64,000 bases of DNA from Centroscyllium fabricii (lineage: Eukaryota), in the NCBI GenBank assembly GCA_051313645.2, contig JBNRSN020000010.1:16430001-16494000 (forward strand), in the 5' to 3' direction. The notes beneath the pieces are model-generated. The model was not told the origin of the DNA and did no database searches. It was given only the letters and a program-made list of their open reading frames with translations. The position numbers were made by a program, and so were the translations under genes. Positions within the stretch are counted from its first letter, which is position 1, and every line of letters begins with the position of its first letter. Positions 1 to 12,559 of the stretch are shown here, one piece after another.

Positions 1-2030
1 GCTCTAACACTCTGAAACATTTCTATCTGGTTGAAAGTACACCGGCTATGATAAATGGTGTCCCAACAGGGATCAGTACTGATTCCTCAGCTTTTCACTA
101 TATCTATCAATGCCTTAGATGAATGAATAGTGAACTATGTATACAAGTACAATGTCAGCACCAATTTAGGATGCACAATACATTTTGGAGATGGGGCAGC
201 AAGTTTTACTGGGATATTGATCAATTAATTTATTGGGCAAAACTGTGGCAGATTGAGTTCAATGTGGACCTCAGAAAATGTATCAGTGTATTTTGTAAAT
301 GTTGAGAAGTTTTTCACTGTGGAGGATCACATAGATTTAGGGCTACCTGTACTGAAATCAGTCAAATCAGGTACAGGACTTATATTATCATTTTGAAAAC
401 GATTTGCCATTTCTGAATTTCTGGAGTAAATCAAATTGGGGTTATACTTGATACTGAGGAAAGCTTCGACAAGACACAAGAAGGCATAAATAAGCCTGCA
501 GCATGGGTGGGCAGCTGGCGAATTAATCTAAATATAGGTAATTGTGAGCTGGTACATCATTGTCGGAGGTATACGGAGGCCAAATAGTGATTCAAAAGTA
601 AGTTTCTGAATGGGACCGAAGATCAATGAAATCTAGAAGTACTGATGCATAAATCTTTAAAAAGTGGAGATGCGGGTTAAGAAGTCTATTAAAAGGCAAA
701 CACAGTGGGGTTCACTTCTAGCTGAATATAATTGAAAATAAGAGAGATTAAATTGAAACTACATCGATCTTCGTACAATACTGTGGAGTGTCAAGGGTTC
801 CACTTTAAAAAAGGAGCTAGTGGCTCTGGAGAAATTGCAATAAAGATGCAACAGAAAAATTACAGGTCTGAGAGGGGATACATATCAGGAAAGACTGATC
901 AGACTGGGTCTCTCTTCTTTACAGATGTGACGGCTGAGTGGTGACCTATTGATGTTTTTTAATTCAATAATGGTTTTGATAGGGTACACGACGAACAAAT
1001 TTGAGGATCCACCTGCTAGTATCATGAATATAAGATAGTCACAATACATCAATAAGGAATTCAGGAGAATCGTGTTTACCCAAAGAGCGGTTACAATCTC
1101 GAAATTGCTACAGTTCAGGCGATTAGCATTGATGCATTTAAGGGAACGCTGGGTCAATTGATGAAGGAGAATATAATAGGAATAGTCCTGTTATTAACTC
1201 ACTTTTCAAGCAAAGGTCCTGCATTGAAAATATTATGAGAGCCTGCCTGGCCCTTCCGCCCCAGAACCGCATGCACCAAGAAATTAATAAGGGTGGGAGG
1301 AGACTTCTGCAGAGCATTAACACCGACACAGAGCAGTCGGGCCAAATTGTCTGATTATATTCGGTAATTGTTTGTAAAACGGACCTCCATAAAAATAAAT
1401 ACTTCTTGATACTTTTTGTGATGTTAGCGTTTCTCTCAAGGGAGCCGGAATACAAAGATATTCAAGTTGTGCTACAGTTTATATGACTGGGCACACCCAA
1501 TCTGATCTACTGCGCAAACTTCCGGGCACCGCACCTCAGGAAGGATATATTGGTCTTGGACGTGTTGCAGCGCAGATTCACTAGAATTCTACCGGGTCGT
1601 AAAGTTTGTATCTTATTATGACAGTTCGCAACGGCTAGTCTTGTAAACTGCTTAATATAAAAGATGAAGAGATGATTTGTTTAAGATGTATAGAAAGATT
1701 AAAGAATGTGATGGCCTAGATAGAGAAACACTGATTACCTATGGTGGGGAAGTCCAGAAATAGGGGTCTCAGCCGTGATGTCAGGAAGCACTTCTTCACA
1801 CAAAGCACCATTACAATCAAGAGCTCTCCTGCTCAAGAAGCTGTCGGGTTTAGGTCAAAATACATATTCAAGACTGAGATAGCTTCATTATGTTTGGTTA
1901 ACGGTATTAATGAATATAAAGAATCAATGAAGGTAAATATAGTTGAGGTAAAGATCAGCAATTTGAAAAGTGAAATAGGCTGGTGATATTGAATCGCATC
2001 CCTTTGTGCTCCCGAATATCAAACCTCGAA
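1..2030 (+). mobile_element. Cluster of old, decayed CR1 RT/3'-UTR fragments
   Basis: Degenerate [21 protein letters not shown] motifs with many stops. Confidence 0.75.
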
Positions 2031-2611
2031 TAAAAAAACCAATAAGATACATCTGTACAACCAACGAATTTAAATACACCGACTTGTAGAATGTATAATT
2101 TCTGACTTAGGCGTCGGAACTCTGGTTTGCCTGACATTCCATCTGTTCGCTATTTTAACGGAAACATTAATTGTTTTAAAATATTTTTCCTCTCCGATGA
2201 TATAACGACGATCAGTGGAGTATTATGGCAAGCGTTCTGTGCAAAAAGAGGCAAAGTAACAAACCCGTCCCATCTATTGAATTCAAAGCATAGTGAAATT
2301 CCTCCAAAGGTGTTTCCCCAGGGACATTGGATGGAAACTCACTGATTGACCGCTTCACCAGTGTGTTCTGTGTTCTTTTGCTACGGATATTGGACACAGA
2401 ATTCATGGGGTCCAGAATATTTTTAAACATATTACCAACACCATTATAGAAACCTAAAAGAGAACAATATCGCGTGCAAAGAAAAGGTAAACAACGTAAA
2501 ATCAACCAGCATGTCAGTGTGCGTGAGAGGGAGAGGGGCTGACAAAGAAAGCGAGAGATCATGGATCAAGGCAAATAAAACTTCCATGAGAAGTGATTGA
2601 GATCACTAGTT

Positions 2612-3060
2612 AAGGGGTACGGTAGCATAGTGGTTATTTTAATAAATTATAACTCCACTGTCCTGCACTCATCATCCAGAGACACGAGTTCCAAATCTCA
2701 CCACGTTAGCTGGGGAATTTAAGTTCAGTAAAATAATTAATCTGAAAAAATCTGTCTGTTTCAGTAATTTTGACCATAGAAAATACTGCATTGTGGTAAA
2801 ACCCTATCTAGTTCACTAATGACCTTTAGCAGGGAAGCCTGCAGTCCTGAGCCAGTGTGGACGATATGTGACTCCAGACCCACAGCAATGTGGCTGATAT
2901 TATCTGCACTATGAAATGGCCTGGGAAGCCAGCAAGTTCAACCAAATAATTACTGCTCTGGTTCAAGAAAGTGGCTCACCACCGCCTGTTGAAACGCAAT
3001 CCTGGATAGCCAATAAATGCTGGCCATGCCAGCGAGGCCCAAATAACGAAAGAATAAATA
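2612..3060 (+). mobile_element. tRNA-derived SINE with a tail shared with the 44780-46470 LINE family; second copy at ~24640-25030
   Basis: A-box-like ggtagcatagtgg; shared body gtgactccagacccacagc; tail aataaatgctggcc.gccagcga.gccca. Confidence 0.65.
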
Positions 3061-3664
3061 AGCGTAAAAAAAATAAGCAGCTGCACATTTGAGCGAAATT
3101 ACTCCTTCCACCTCCGGCGCACCGAGGACGCAGCATGAACCATGTACAAGATGTACTGCAATAGCTCATCGAGGCTTCATCGACAGCAGCTCTCACACGC
3201 GGTTCTCCACCAGAAGGAAAGAGCAGCAAATGCATGGGTACACCATCATCGCTAATTGCTTATCTAAGTCAAGCGGCAACCTGATTTCGAAATATATCGC
3301 CCGTCATTCATAGCTGCTGTATCCTGGAACTCCCGAGCTAGCAATATCGTGGGAGTAACTTCACCGCATGGAATGCAGAGAATTCAGAAGATAGTCCACC
3401 ACCTACTAAAGGGCAATCAGAGTTGGGCAATCCAGCGTTGCCTTTATCCCGAGACTGACTCTGAAAACTCAAAAATGTACTCATGAAATGATTTCCCAGC
3501 AAGCATCCGTAGCGAAATCGTACAAGAGTTCGTAATAATAGTGCTTACAATTTTCTTTGTGCAGACGGAAACTATTCTGCCCAATTAGACTTATTGTCCA
3601 CCCCAACCATCCCTTTTCAACACCCCTTAAGAACATAGCCTCCGATCCATTTCTCTGCCAGGTG

Positions 3665-6600
3665 CATAGAGTCATAGTGTCATACAGACATACAGCACAG
3701 AAACAGGCCCTTCGGCCCATCACGTCCGTGCCGCCCATCCAAACCTAGCCTATTCTAATCCCACGTTCCTGCAATTGGACCGTAGCCTAGTATGTTGTAA
3801 CATTTCAAGTGTTCATCCAAATGCTTCTTGAACGTTGTGACTGTTCCCGGCTCTACCACCCTTTCAGGCAGTGAGTTGCAGACTGTAGCCACACTCTGGG
3901 TGAAAATGTTCTCCCTCACATCCCCCAAAACCTCCTGCCTCTCACCCTGTATCTATACCCCCTCGTTAGTGACCATTCCACCAATGGAAAAAGTTCCCCG
4001 CCATCTATCTTATCTATGCCCTTCATGAATTTTGCACACCTAAATCGTGTCCCCTCTCAGCCTCCTCTGATCCAAGGAAAGCAACCCCAGCCTGTCCCGT
4101 CTCTCCTCATAGCTGAAGCTAATGGATAATGTAACACCTATATTTAAAAAGGGAAGTAGACAGAAGGCTGGTAACTATAGACCGGTTAGTCTAACATGTG
4201 TGGTGGGTAAAATGTTAGAGACCATTATTAAAGAAACACTGACGGGGCATTTGGATAAACATAACTTAATCGGGCAGAGTCAGCATGGTTTTACGAAAGG
4301 GAAGTCATGTTTAACTAATTTGCTCGAATTCTTTGAGGAAGTAACATCTCGGGTGGATAAAGGGGAACTGGTGGATGTGGTATACTTGGACTTCCAAAAG
4401 GCTTTTGACAATGTGCCACATAAGAGACTATTGCTTAAAATAAAAAATTATGGGATTGGGGGAAATATATTAGCATGGGTAGAGGATTGGCTTTCAAACA
4501 GGAAGCAGAGAGTTGGGATAAATGGTTCATACTCGGGATGGCAATCGGTGACTAGTGGTGTTCCGCAGGGGTCGGTGCTGGGACCCCAGCTGTTTACAAT
4601 CTATATAAATGATTTGGAGGAGGGGACCAAGTGTAATATATCAAAGTTTGCAGATGACACAAAAATGGGAGGAAAAGCAGGGAGTGAGGAGGACAGAAAA
4701 AGCCTTACAAAGGATATAGATAAGCTATGTGATTGGGCAGCGATTTGGCAGATGAAATTTAATACTGATAAATGTGAAGTTATACATTTTGGGAAAAAAA
4801 ATCATAGAGCAAGTTATTTTCTAAATGGGGAGGAGCTGCGTGGTAATACAACGCAAAGGGACCTGGGGGTATTAGTGCATGAATCACAAAAAGTTAGTAT
4901 GCAGGTGCAGCAAGTGATTAGGAAGGCCAATGGAGTCTTAGCCTTTATTGCTAGGGGGATAGAGTATAAAAGCAGGGAGGTCTTGCTGCAGCTGTACACA
5001 GTGTTGGATGAGACCGCATTTGGTTTACTGTGTACAGTTTTGGTGTCCATACTTAAGAAAGGATGTACTTGCTCTGGAGGCAGTGCAGAGAAGGCTTACA
5101 CGGTTAATTCCAGCGATGAGGGGGTTGACATATGAGGAAAGGTTAAGTAGGTTGGGACTTTACTCTTTAGAGTTCAGAAGAATGAGAGGCGATCTTATTG
5201 AAACGTATAAGATCGTGAGGGGCCTTGATCGGGTGGATGCACCAAGGATGTTTCCAATGATCGGGGAGCCTAGAACTAGGGGGCATAGTCTTAGAATAAG
5301 GGGGGGCTCTTTTAAAACTGAGATGAGGAGAAACTTCTTCACTCAGAGGGTGTTAATCTATGGAATTCGCTGCCTCAGGGAGCTGTGGAAGCGGGAATAT
5401 TAAATAAATTTAAAACAGAAATAGACTGTTTTTTAGCAGACAAGGGAATTAGGGGTTACGGGGAGCGGGCAGGGAAGTGGACCTGAGTTATGGTTAGTAT
5501 TGTAAGACCTGCGTGATCTCCTGGACAAGTTTCGATCGCCTGGATTGGGGTGGGAGAGGAATTTCCCGGATTTTTTTCCCAAATTGGACCTGGGTTTTTA
5601 TCCGGTTTTTCGCCTCTCCCAGGAGATCACATGGTTCTTTGGGTGGGAGGAGGGTGATAGTGGAATGAAGGTTAGGGTAGGATCAGCAATGATCCTGATG
5701 GGTGAGGGGGCGGGCTCGGGGGGCCGATTGGCCTACTCCTGCTCCTATTTCTTGTGTTATTGTGTTCTTGTGTCTTGTGTTCTTGTGTTCTTATGTTCAG
5801 CCATGAACGTATTGCACGGACCGAATGGTCTACTCCTGCACCTATTTTCTATGTTTCTATGTTTCTATTAAGCTCTCCATCACAGGCAGCATCCTGGTGA
5901 ATCTGCTCTGCACCCTCTCAAAATCTATCACATCCTCACTATAGTGTGCCGACCAGAACTGCACACAATACTCCAGCTGTGGCCTCATCGGTGTTTTGTA
6001 CAGCTCCATCATCACCTCCCTACTTTTATATTCTATGCCCCTGCTAATGAAGGCAAGTATCCCATATGCCTTCTTGACCACCCTACCCACCTGCTCTGCT
6101 GCCTTCAAGGACCTGCATACCTGTACACCATGGTCCCTCTGATCCTATATCGGCCCTAGTGTGCTAACATTATTGGTGTATTCCCACTCCATGTTAGTCC
6201 TGCCAAAATGCATCACTTCGCACTTTTCAGGGTTAAATTCCATCTGCCACAGTTCCGCCCATCTGACCAGCTCATCTATTTCCCTCTGCAGGCTGCAGAT
6301 CCCTTCCTCACTATTTACCTCCCCTCCTATCTTCGTGTCGTCTGCAATCTTGCTGATCATGCCTTTTACGTTGATATCCAAATCAATAATATAGATTACA
6401 AACAGTAAGGGACACCGATCCCTGCGGTACCCCACTGGACACCGGCCTCCAGTCACAAAAACAACCTTCGACCATCACCCTCTGCCTTCTGTCACCAAGC
6501 CAGTTTTGGATCCATTGTGCCAAGGTGCCCTGGATCCCATGGACCCTTACCTCCTTGAGTAGTCTCCTATGCAGGAACTTATCAAAAGCCTGACTAAAAT

Positions 6601-7022
6601 CCATGTAGACCACATCCACTGCACTACCCCCATCCACATTCTTGGTCAGCCCTTCAAAAAATGCAATCAAATTAGTCAGACACGATCTTTCCTTGACAAA
6701 GCCATGTTGACTACCCTTAATTAATCCCTGCCCCTACAAGTGAAGACTGATTTTGTCCCTCAGAATATTTTCCAGTAGCTTCCCCACCACAGATGTCAGG
6801 CTCACCGGCCTGTAGTTCCCTGGTTTTTCCCTACTGCCTTTCTTAAATAATGGTACCACATTGGCTATCCTCCAATCCTCTGGCACATCCCCTGTTTAAA
6901 GAGAGGTTCTGAAAAATTGTGTCAGAGCCCCCGCAATCTCTTCCCTTGCCTCCCTCAGCAATCCTGGGATACATCTCGTCAGGACCTGGGGACTTATCTA
7001 TTTTTAAGCCCGCCAGAACCGC
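3665..7022 (-). mobile_element. CR1 LINE fragment (3665-4120 plus 5870-7022) interrupted by the + strand CR1
   Basis: RT motifs on - ([37 protein letters not shown]); 3' UTR at the left end. Confidence 0.88.
4121..5868 (+). mobile_element. 5'-truncated CR1 LINE (RT domain, young; one frameshift near 5010) with nested 3'-UTR fragment
   Basis: ORFs contain [33 protein letters not shown]; (TTTCTATG)n tail; flanked by AAGCT, splitting a minus-strand CR1. Confidence 0.93.
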
Positions 7023-8454
7023 AGAGTGCTTGTCTTGCTTCTCATAAGTTCCATCATATCCGGTGGAAATATATAGATTGGAATTAATCTGTAGCAGATA
7101 ATTAATGATGTTCAAAACCCTAGTGACCAGAAGCAATTTTATTCATGGCGTCTTGAAAGTCAACCATTGCCAATTGAAATTGTGATTTACTTGAGAAGCG
7201 AAAAAATAATAATAGTTATGTTTTTGTCTTACAAACAATGCTTTTTGTTTTACCCTCTGTCTTTCTGGACCAGTACTCTTCTGGTCGATAAATACGTCCG
7301 GCAGCCTAGCCGTCTCACTGAACTTTCCCTTCTGGCGGATTGCTGGATAATAGCGGGACTCCTGATGTCCCATTCAGTGCTCAATGACGTCTCCATGTCC
7401 CAGTTAAAGACTGGTCAATAAATACGTTGTACATAAGGAGGAAATGCCACACTTATTAACATAGAAAAAATTAACAAAAAATTAACTGAACAATATACTT
7501 TATGATATTACAGTCTGACAATGCCAACTTGTGACATATGAATAAAACTGGCACCCAATCTGTAAATATATATTTCTAATTCAATAAATTCCGATTGAAG
7601 TTCTCATGGTGATATGTTAACGTCATGTTCATGACATTATTTTCTTTCAATCTTGAGAAGTGCTTATTTACAGGAACTAGGTGCTGTGGATTTTAGTTTT
7701 TCATTTCACAAAGCCTGAAAAAGATAATTTGAGGAAAAAAGACACTCGTCTCCAGAATTGAAATTTAGTCGATGGAATGATTTGTGCTCCAATCGGTCAA
7801 CATATTGTTGCTGCGTTCATGCTTTTTTCTGCCTGGTACAGGTACTGAATTAGCAAGAGTGCTGCTTTTAAATTGGTTGTCACTAAAATTATCAACCATT
7901 ATATTGTTTCTCGCACATATTTTGGTTAATCATCCAATACAGACAAATGAAAATCTTTCCACTTAACTTACATCCTGTTGTCTATCATTATAATAAAAAA
8001 AACTATTTCAGAAAACATAATGATATAAATGTATGAGGTTACACTGTCCAAATAAATTAAAATTGACATAATTACATCAATGTAAAAAATAGTTTCGTAT
8101 TCGGTGGAACGTTTAAAGTTACGACAATTGTTTAATTCCATGTTGCGTTAAGTGCAATTTGAATAATCAGTTATTACAAATAAACTGACAAGCTATGTTC
8201 TTTCCGTTTGCCGGAGCGACACAGATTTCGGTGCAAAGAGCTTCATTATCTTCTACTTTATAAAGGCAACATTACCTCAACTGTACATTTTAATTTACTG
8301 CTGACGTTACAAGCAGCAGTCATCAAACAACAGATATAGAAATAGAAATGTATAGGACTTACAGCATAATAAAGCAGGCCAAGCATAGTAACGACACACG
8401 GCTGGCGTTTAACCTCAAAACGGGCAAATTACCAAAAATAAACTTTCAGAAAAA

Positions 8455-8665
8455 GGGAAAAAAGCTAAATACTCGGGATGCTGGAAATCTGAATAAAATC
8501 AGTAAGCGCTGGAAATACGCAACAGGTCATGCAGCAGCTGTAGAGATAGAAACAGCGTTAACCTCAGAGGAACGGTCATCTACCTGAAACGTTAACTCTG
8601 TTCCTTTCTACACAGATGCTGCCTCACCTGCTCAGTATTTCCAGCATTTTCTGTTTTTATTTGAG
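8455..8665. repeat. Imperfect inverted repeat, Penelope-type terminal repeat remnant
   Basis: ctggaaatac...gcagcagctgtagaga..aaacagcgttaac pairs with gttaactctgttcctttctacacagatgctgcc...gtatttccagc. Confidence 0.65.
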
Positions 8666-11600
8666 AAAAAGGACCGTGTTTAAAAGCTTGTAATTTTATT
8701 CAGTGCAGAGCCGGCTGACAACTATTAAGCCACAGCTTGGAATTTAATATATACATGTTATTACGAAATATTCCTATCAGTATACGGTTGGTATTGCACA
8801 TTTACGACATGAGATTCACGGAAAATTTCAGACTGAAGATATGAATACAATCCGAGAAGATGCTGCAGTATTTATGCAGATAAACTTATCAAATTTCTAT
8901 ATATGTTTAAATTTTACGTGAAAGTGCAAAACCGACGATGTCGTATAGAGTTTGATAACAACCCGTCAGCTATTCCCTTCAATGGAATGAAATAGATGCG
9001 AAATCCCGCAGGACTTGTATTTGGCGCTTAATTCCATATCGCCCATCGCAATCACTCAGATGTAAAATGTCCCCTCTTGTTCCCAGTAACAGCCATGTCT
9101 CATCGCTAAATGGTCTCGGAGGGTCAATATAATTCATTTTAACGTACCGGTGATTAACGATCGCCGATCCGCGCTCTGCGGCCTATTTAAGAGCCCGAGA
9201 GACTTTATGGCCAGAAACTTGAGGTAACGGAAATTAGCGAAAGGCAATTGTTCCTTCACGGGTTGGGTCATGTTCACCATTTTTGTGAGTCGGACTCATT
9301 GGACCGACTGGCCTGCTTTGATGTTGTAATTTATTCACGTTAGTTGGGTCCCTAGTAGCTCGCAACTTGAGTCAAATTACTTTATAATCTCTGAACTGTT
9401 CTAAAAAATTATATTCAGGGGACAACAATAGGTACTTGAAAATAATATCGGGGGATTACTGACCTGTAATGTGAGTCTGGACACAACAACATTTTTCTAG
9501 CAGAGGAGAGACACTTCGGGGTGAAATAGGACACGTGAGCTGAATAAAACCGGGAGAATCCAATTTTCGAACTGCTACGTGACAAGCATAATTTTCGGTT
9601 TGTTTTGCAATCTAACTAAAACTAATTTGGTGTCAGCATCAGAGTGCTGACCCCTTAACTCTACCGAGAGTGTACTCAGCGCAGATAGAGGTCGTCGATC
9701 TGCGTAATTTAACCTTTGTGATGGGAGAAGTCAGTGGGACTGAATTCCGGGCGCAACATATTTCAGGCGACACCACCTGTTTTCCTTTCCCGCCCAGGGA
9801 CATTTCCATCCCCTTCTCCTCCCCTTACAGTTGGCTTCCCATGGTTACTTTAGTGGAATGACCCGAAGCGTTGACCGCTGTTCAACAATTCTACAGAGTA
9901 AACAACTTCTCTCTTCACAAAGGTTATGATATGCAAATAATCGACCGCCCTCTGGCAGAGTCCACCCAAGATAGAGATAAAGGGTTCAGCACTTTGATAC
10001 TGAGACCATAATTGATTTATTTAGTTTGCTTAAATTAATATGATATATTTAGTTGTGGAAATAACGTAGACTATCAAGTATGTGTATGACTGCAAGAGAG
10101 AGTAAATGTTCATGATCTTGTTTCCTGTTCTCACATTCACACCATGCCTCTGACGATTGAATACCCCGTCTCGGTTTAGGTGGTAATCAACAATGTTGTC
10201 TAAGACGGCACGTCCGCATGACATTATCTGGGTCAGGGCTGTGCATTTTTGCAGACTCTGAATATTCTCAATAGCAACCTAACCACAGTCAACTATTTCA
10301 GCAGCTGCACATTTTGGTGGAGTTTGAAATTGCAGCACGATTGGACTGCACCCGCTTGACTCAATTCTTATGTTTCCAAATACAGCCCCAGTTTATCCAG
10401 CAATGGTTGCTCTCCCTGTACCCGCATTGTCACATTTGAAGTTGCCCCAAAGACGTAACCCTCACGCTCTCCCCGTTTTCATTCGTAATTGCCCCTTGAA
10501 GGCATCATCGGAAAACTTGGCATCAGCATCCAAATGTGCTAAGGTGCTAACGCTCGGAATCTAAACCTTTGAATATAGAAGGTGAAGAAGGTTCATGCAA
10601 TTGAGATTCTTAAGGTACTTAATGTATTTGGTAGTGTCGATAGTAATAAAAACAACTGATTATGTAGTCCATAAGTGGATGGGCAGAGCCTTAAAGTTAG
10701 AGATGGGCATGTTAGGATTGTTGCTAGGAAGCATTTCTTCACCCAATGGGTTGGCGGATGTCTGGACAACTCTCCCCCAAACCGCTGATGACACTGGGGG
10801 TCAATTAGAAATGAAAATCTGAGATTAACAGATTTTTTAACAACGGTGTTAAGTGTTACAGAACCAGGAAGGCTGGATGAAAATCAGATACTGATCATCC
10901 AATATCTAATGGAATGGTGGAAAACGCTTCAGTGGTTGACGGTGTCATCCTATTCCAATTTCCCTACCTCGAAAATGCAGTTGGTATTTTTCATGATTTG
11001 TTCTACCTCCATGGGTACGTTGAAGGAATTATGTACTTGAAAAGTTGGTGTCTCTTTTCAGTGACATCAATCGGCAACGTTCCATTAAATATATGCGATC
11101 ATTCCTGACAAATTCTATTAAATCACTCTAATCCATATTAAACACCATCTGCAATCTATTCCCCATTTGTTCATTGTATTTTCCTGACGGTAATGGCAGT
11201 CCTGGTCGGTGTTTAACAAACCCGTTCATTACGTGTTGGATGAAAATTTCGAGATTGTTCTTGCTATCTCCAAATAGATAAAGCAAAACAAATGGATTAA
11301 TGTGGCAAAATTCAAACCCAGATCCAACCTCCCGCATTCAAACTACTATTAATTGAAGCTGAGCATCCATCAGCTGCCGTCATATCCGCGCTGCTACATC
11401 TGCTCTGATCCAAAAGATCTGATTTTTCATGGGCGTATTTATCGGACAATTAACTACAAAAAATAAGCCAATCATCATCTTCTGCAACAAGACCTTGCTC
11501 AGGCCTCTGTCAGAAACCGGTGTCCAGTTTCGGTACCCTCAGGCGATGGAATAACTTGAGGATAGAATATGTGCAATTTAGTGCCTCCAGTCTAATACCC

Positions 11601-12559
11601 ATTTTGAAGCATCCTAGTTAAATAGATAGAATTACAGAAGGTTACAGCACGGAAGGAGGACATTTCATGCAATCGTGTCCACGCCTGCCAACAAGGAGGC
11701 ATCCATCTTAATCCCACTTCCCAGCGCTTGCTTCATAGCCCTGCAGGTTATTGCATCATCAGTGCACATACAATTACTTTTTAAATGTGGTTAGTGTTCC
11801 TGCCTCTACCGCCTATTCAGGCATAGATTTCCGAATCGCCACAACCCACTGGTTGAAGACTTTTCTCCTCAAATCCCCATTAAACCATCCAGCAATTACT
11901 TCAAATCCGTGCCACTTTTTTTGGACCACTGTTTTAAGGAAAATATGCCCTTTCTATCCATTTCATCTATGTCCCTCATTATTTTGTACACCTCAAATGG
12001 GTCTCACCTCAGCCTCCTTTATTCCAAGGCTCAAGGTGATGGGTCTGTTCTATTTGGAGGAGCGTAGACTTGGTGCTTAATTGTTTAATGTGTTATCGAT
12101 GATGATGGGATTAAGTTGCATTTTTCTAGACAAACTGCTTCAACTAAATATGTTTGGCTGGACCAGGGATCACGATCACGTGCTGTATCCTGCAAGATCT
12201 AGCTAAGATTTCAGGAGATTTTTATTTTTTCAAAGACATGTGACCTATTGAGATCTGACATCTGCAGTGGACGTGTAGTCGTTGACGTCCACTAAGCGAG
12301 GGCAGAATCTGCTATTCACTGATTCGGAGGTCACCCAGTAAAAGGGGAAGGTATCTGGCAACTTTACTCGGGGCCAGTGAGATCTCATGAAATAAAGTTA
12401 GTCACCTAAAAAAGTTCGCAGGGAATTTTGAAGATTTTGGACCACTCCTGGTCCTCTGTTTTGATCAATTTTGTCGCCCCTCCAGTAGATCTCATGGTTT
12501 TGGGTCTGGAGGCTAACACGATTACGTCTCAGTCAGCCAAAAAATTAAAAGAAGAAGAT

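Larger units (their letters stand above)
2343..7396 (-). pseudogene. MS4A pseudogene, paralogue of the + strand gene (exons 7396-7233 and 2453-2343; remainder presumably left of the window)
   Basis: The first coding exon METSLSTEWDIRSPAIIQQSARRESSVRR... is 164 nt (1-nt deletion vs 165; the shifted frame ends PERQRVKQKALF|gtaaga). The next exon VSIMVLVICLKIFWTP*ILCPISVAKEHRTHW*SGQS|gtgagt is 111 nt with two TGA stops and aligns to [12 protein letters not shown]. Confidence 0.9.

Noticed and set aside
2343-2453. Two in-frame TGA codons as selenocysteine or readthrough
   Set aside because: The same gene has an upstream frameshift; ordinary pseudogenisation suffices.
4122-5403. Long RT ORFs (also 46950-49224) as host genes
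   Set aside because: 5'-truncated, frameshifted CR1 ORF2 with LINE tails.
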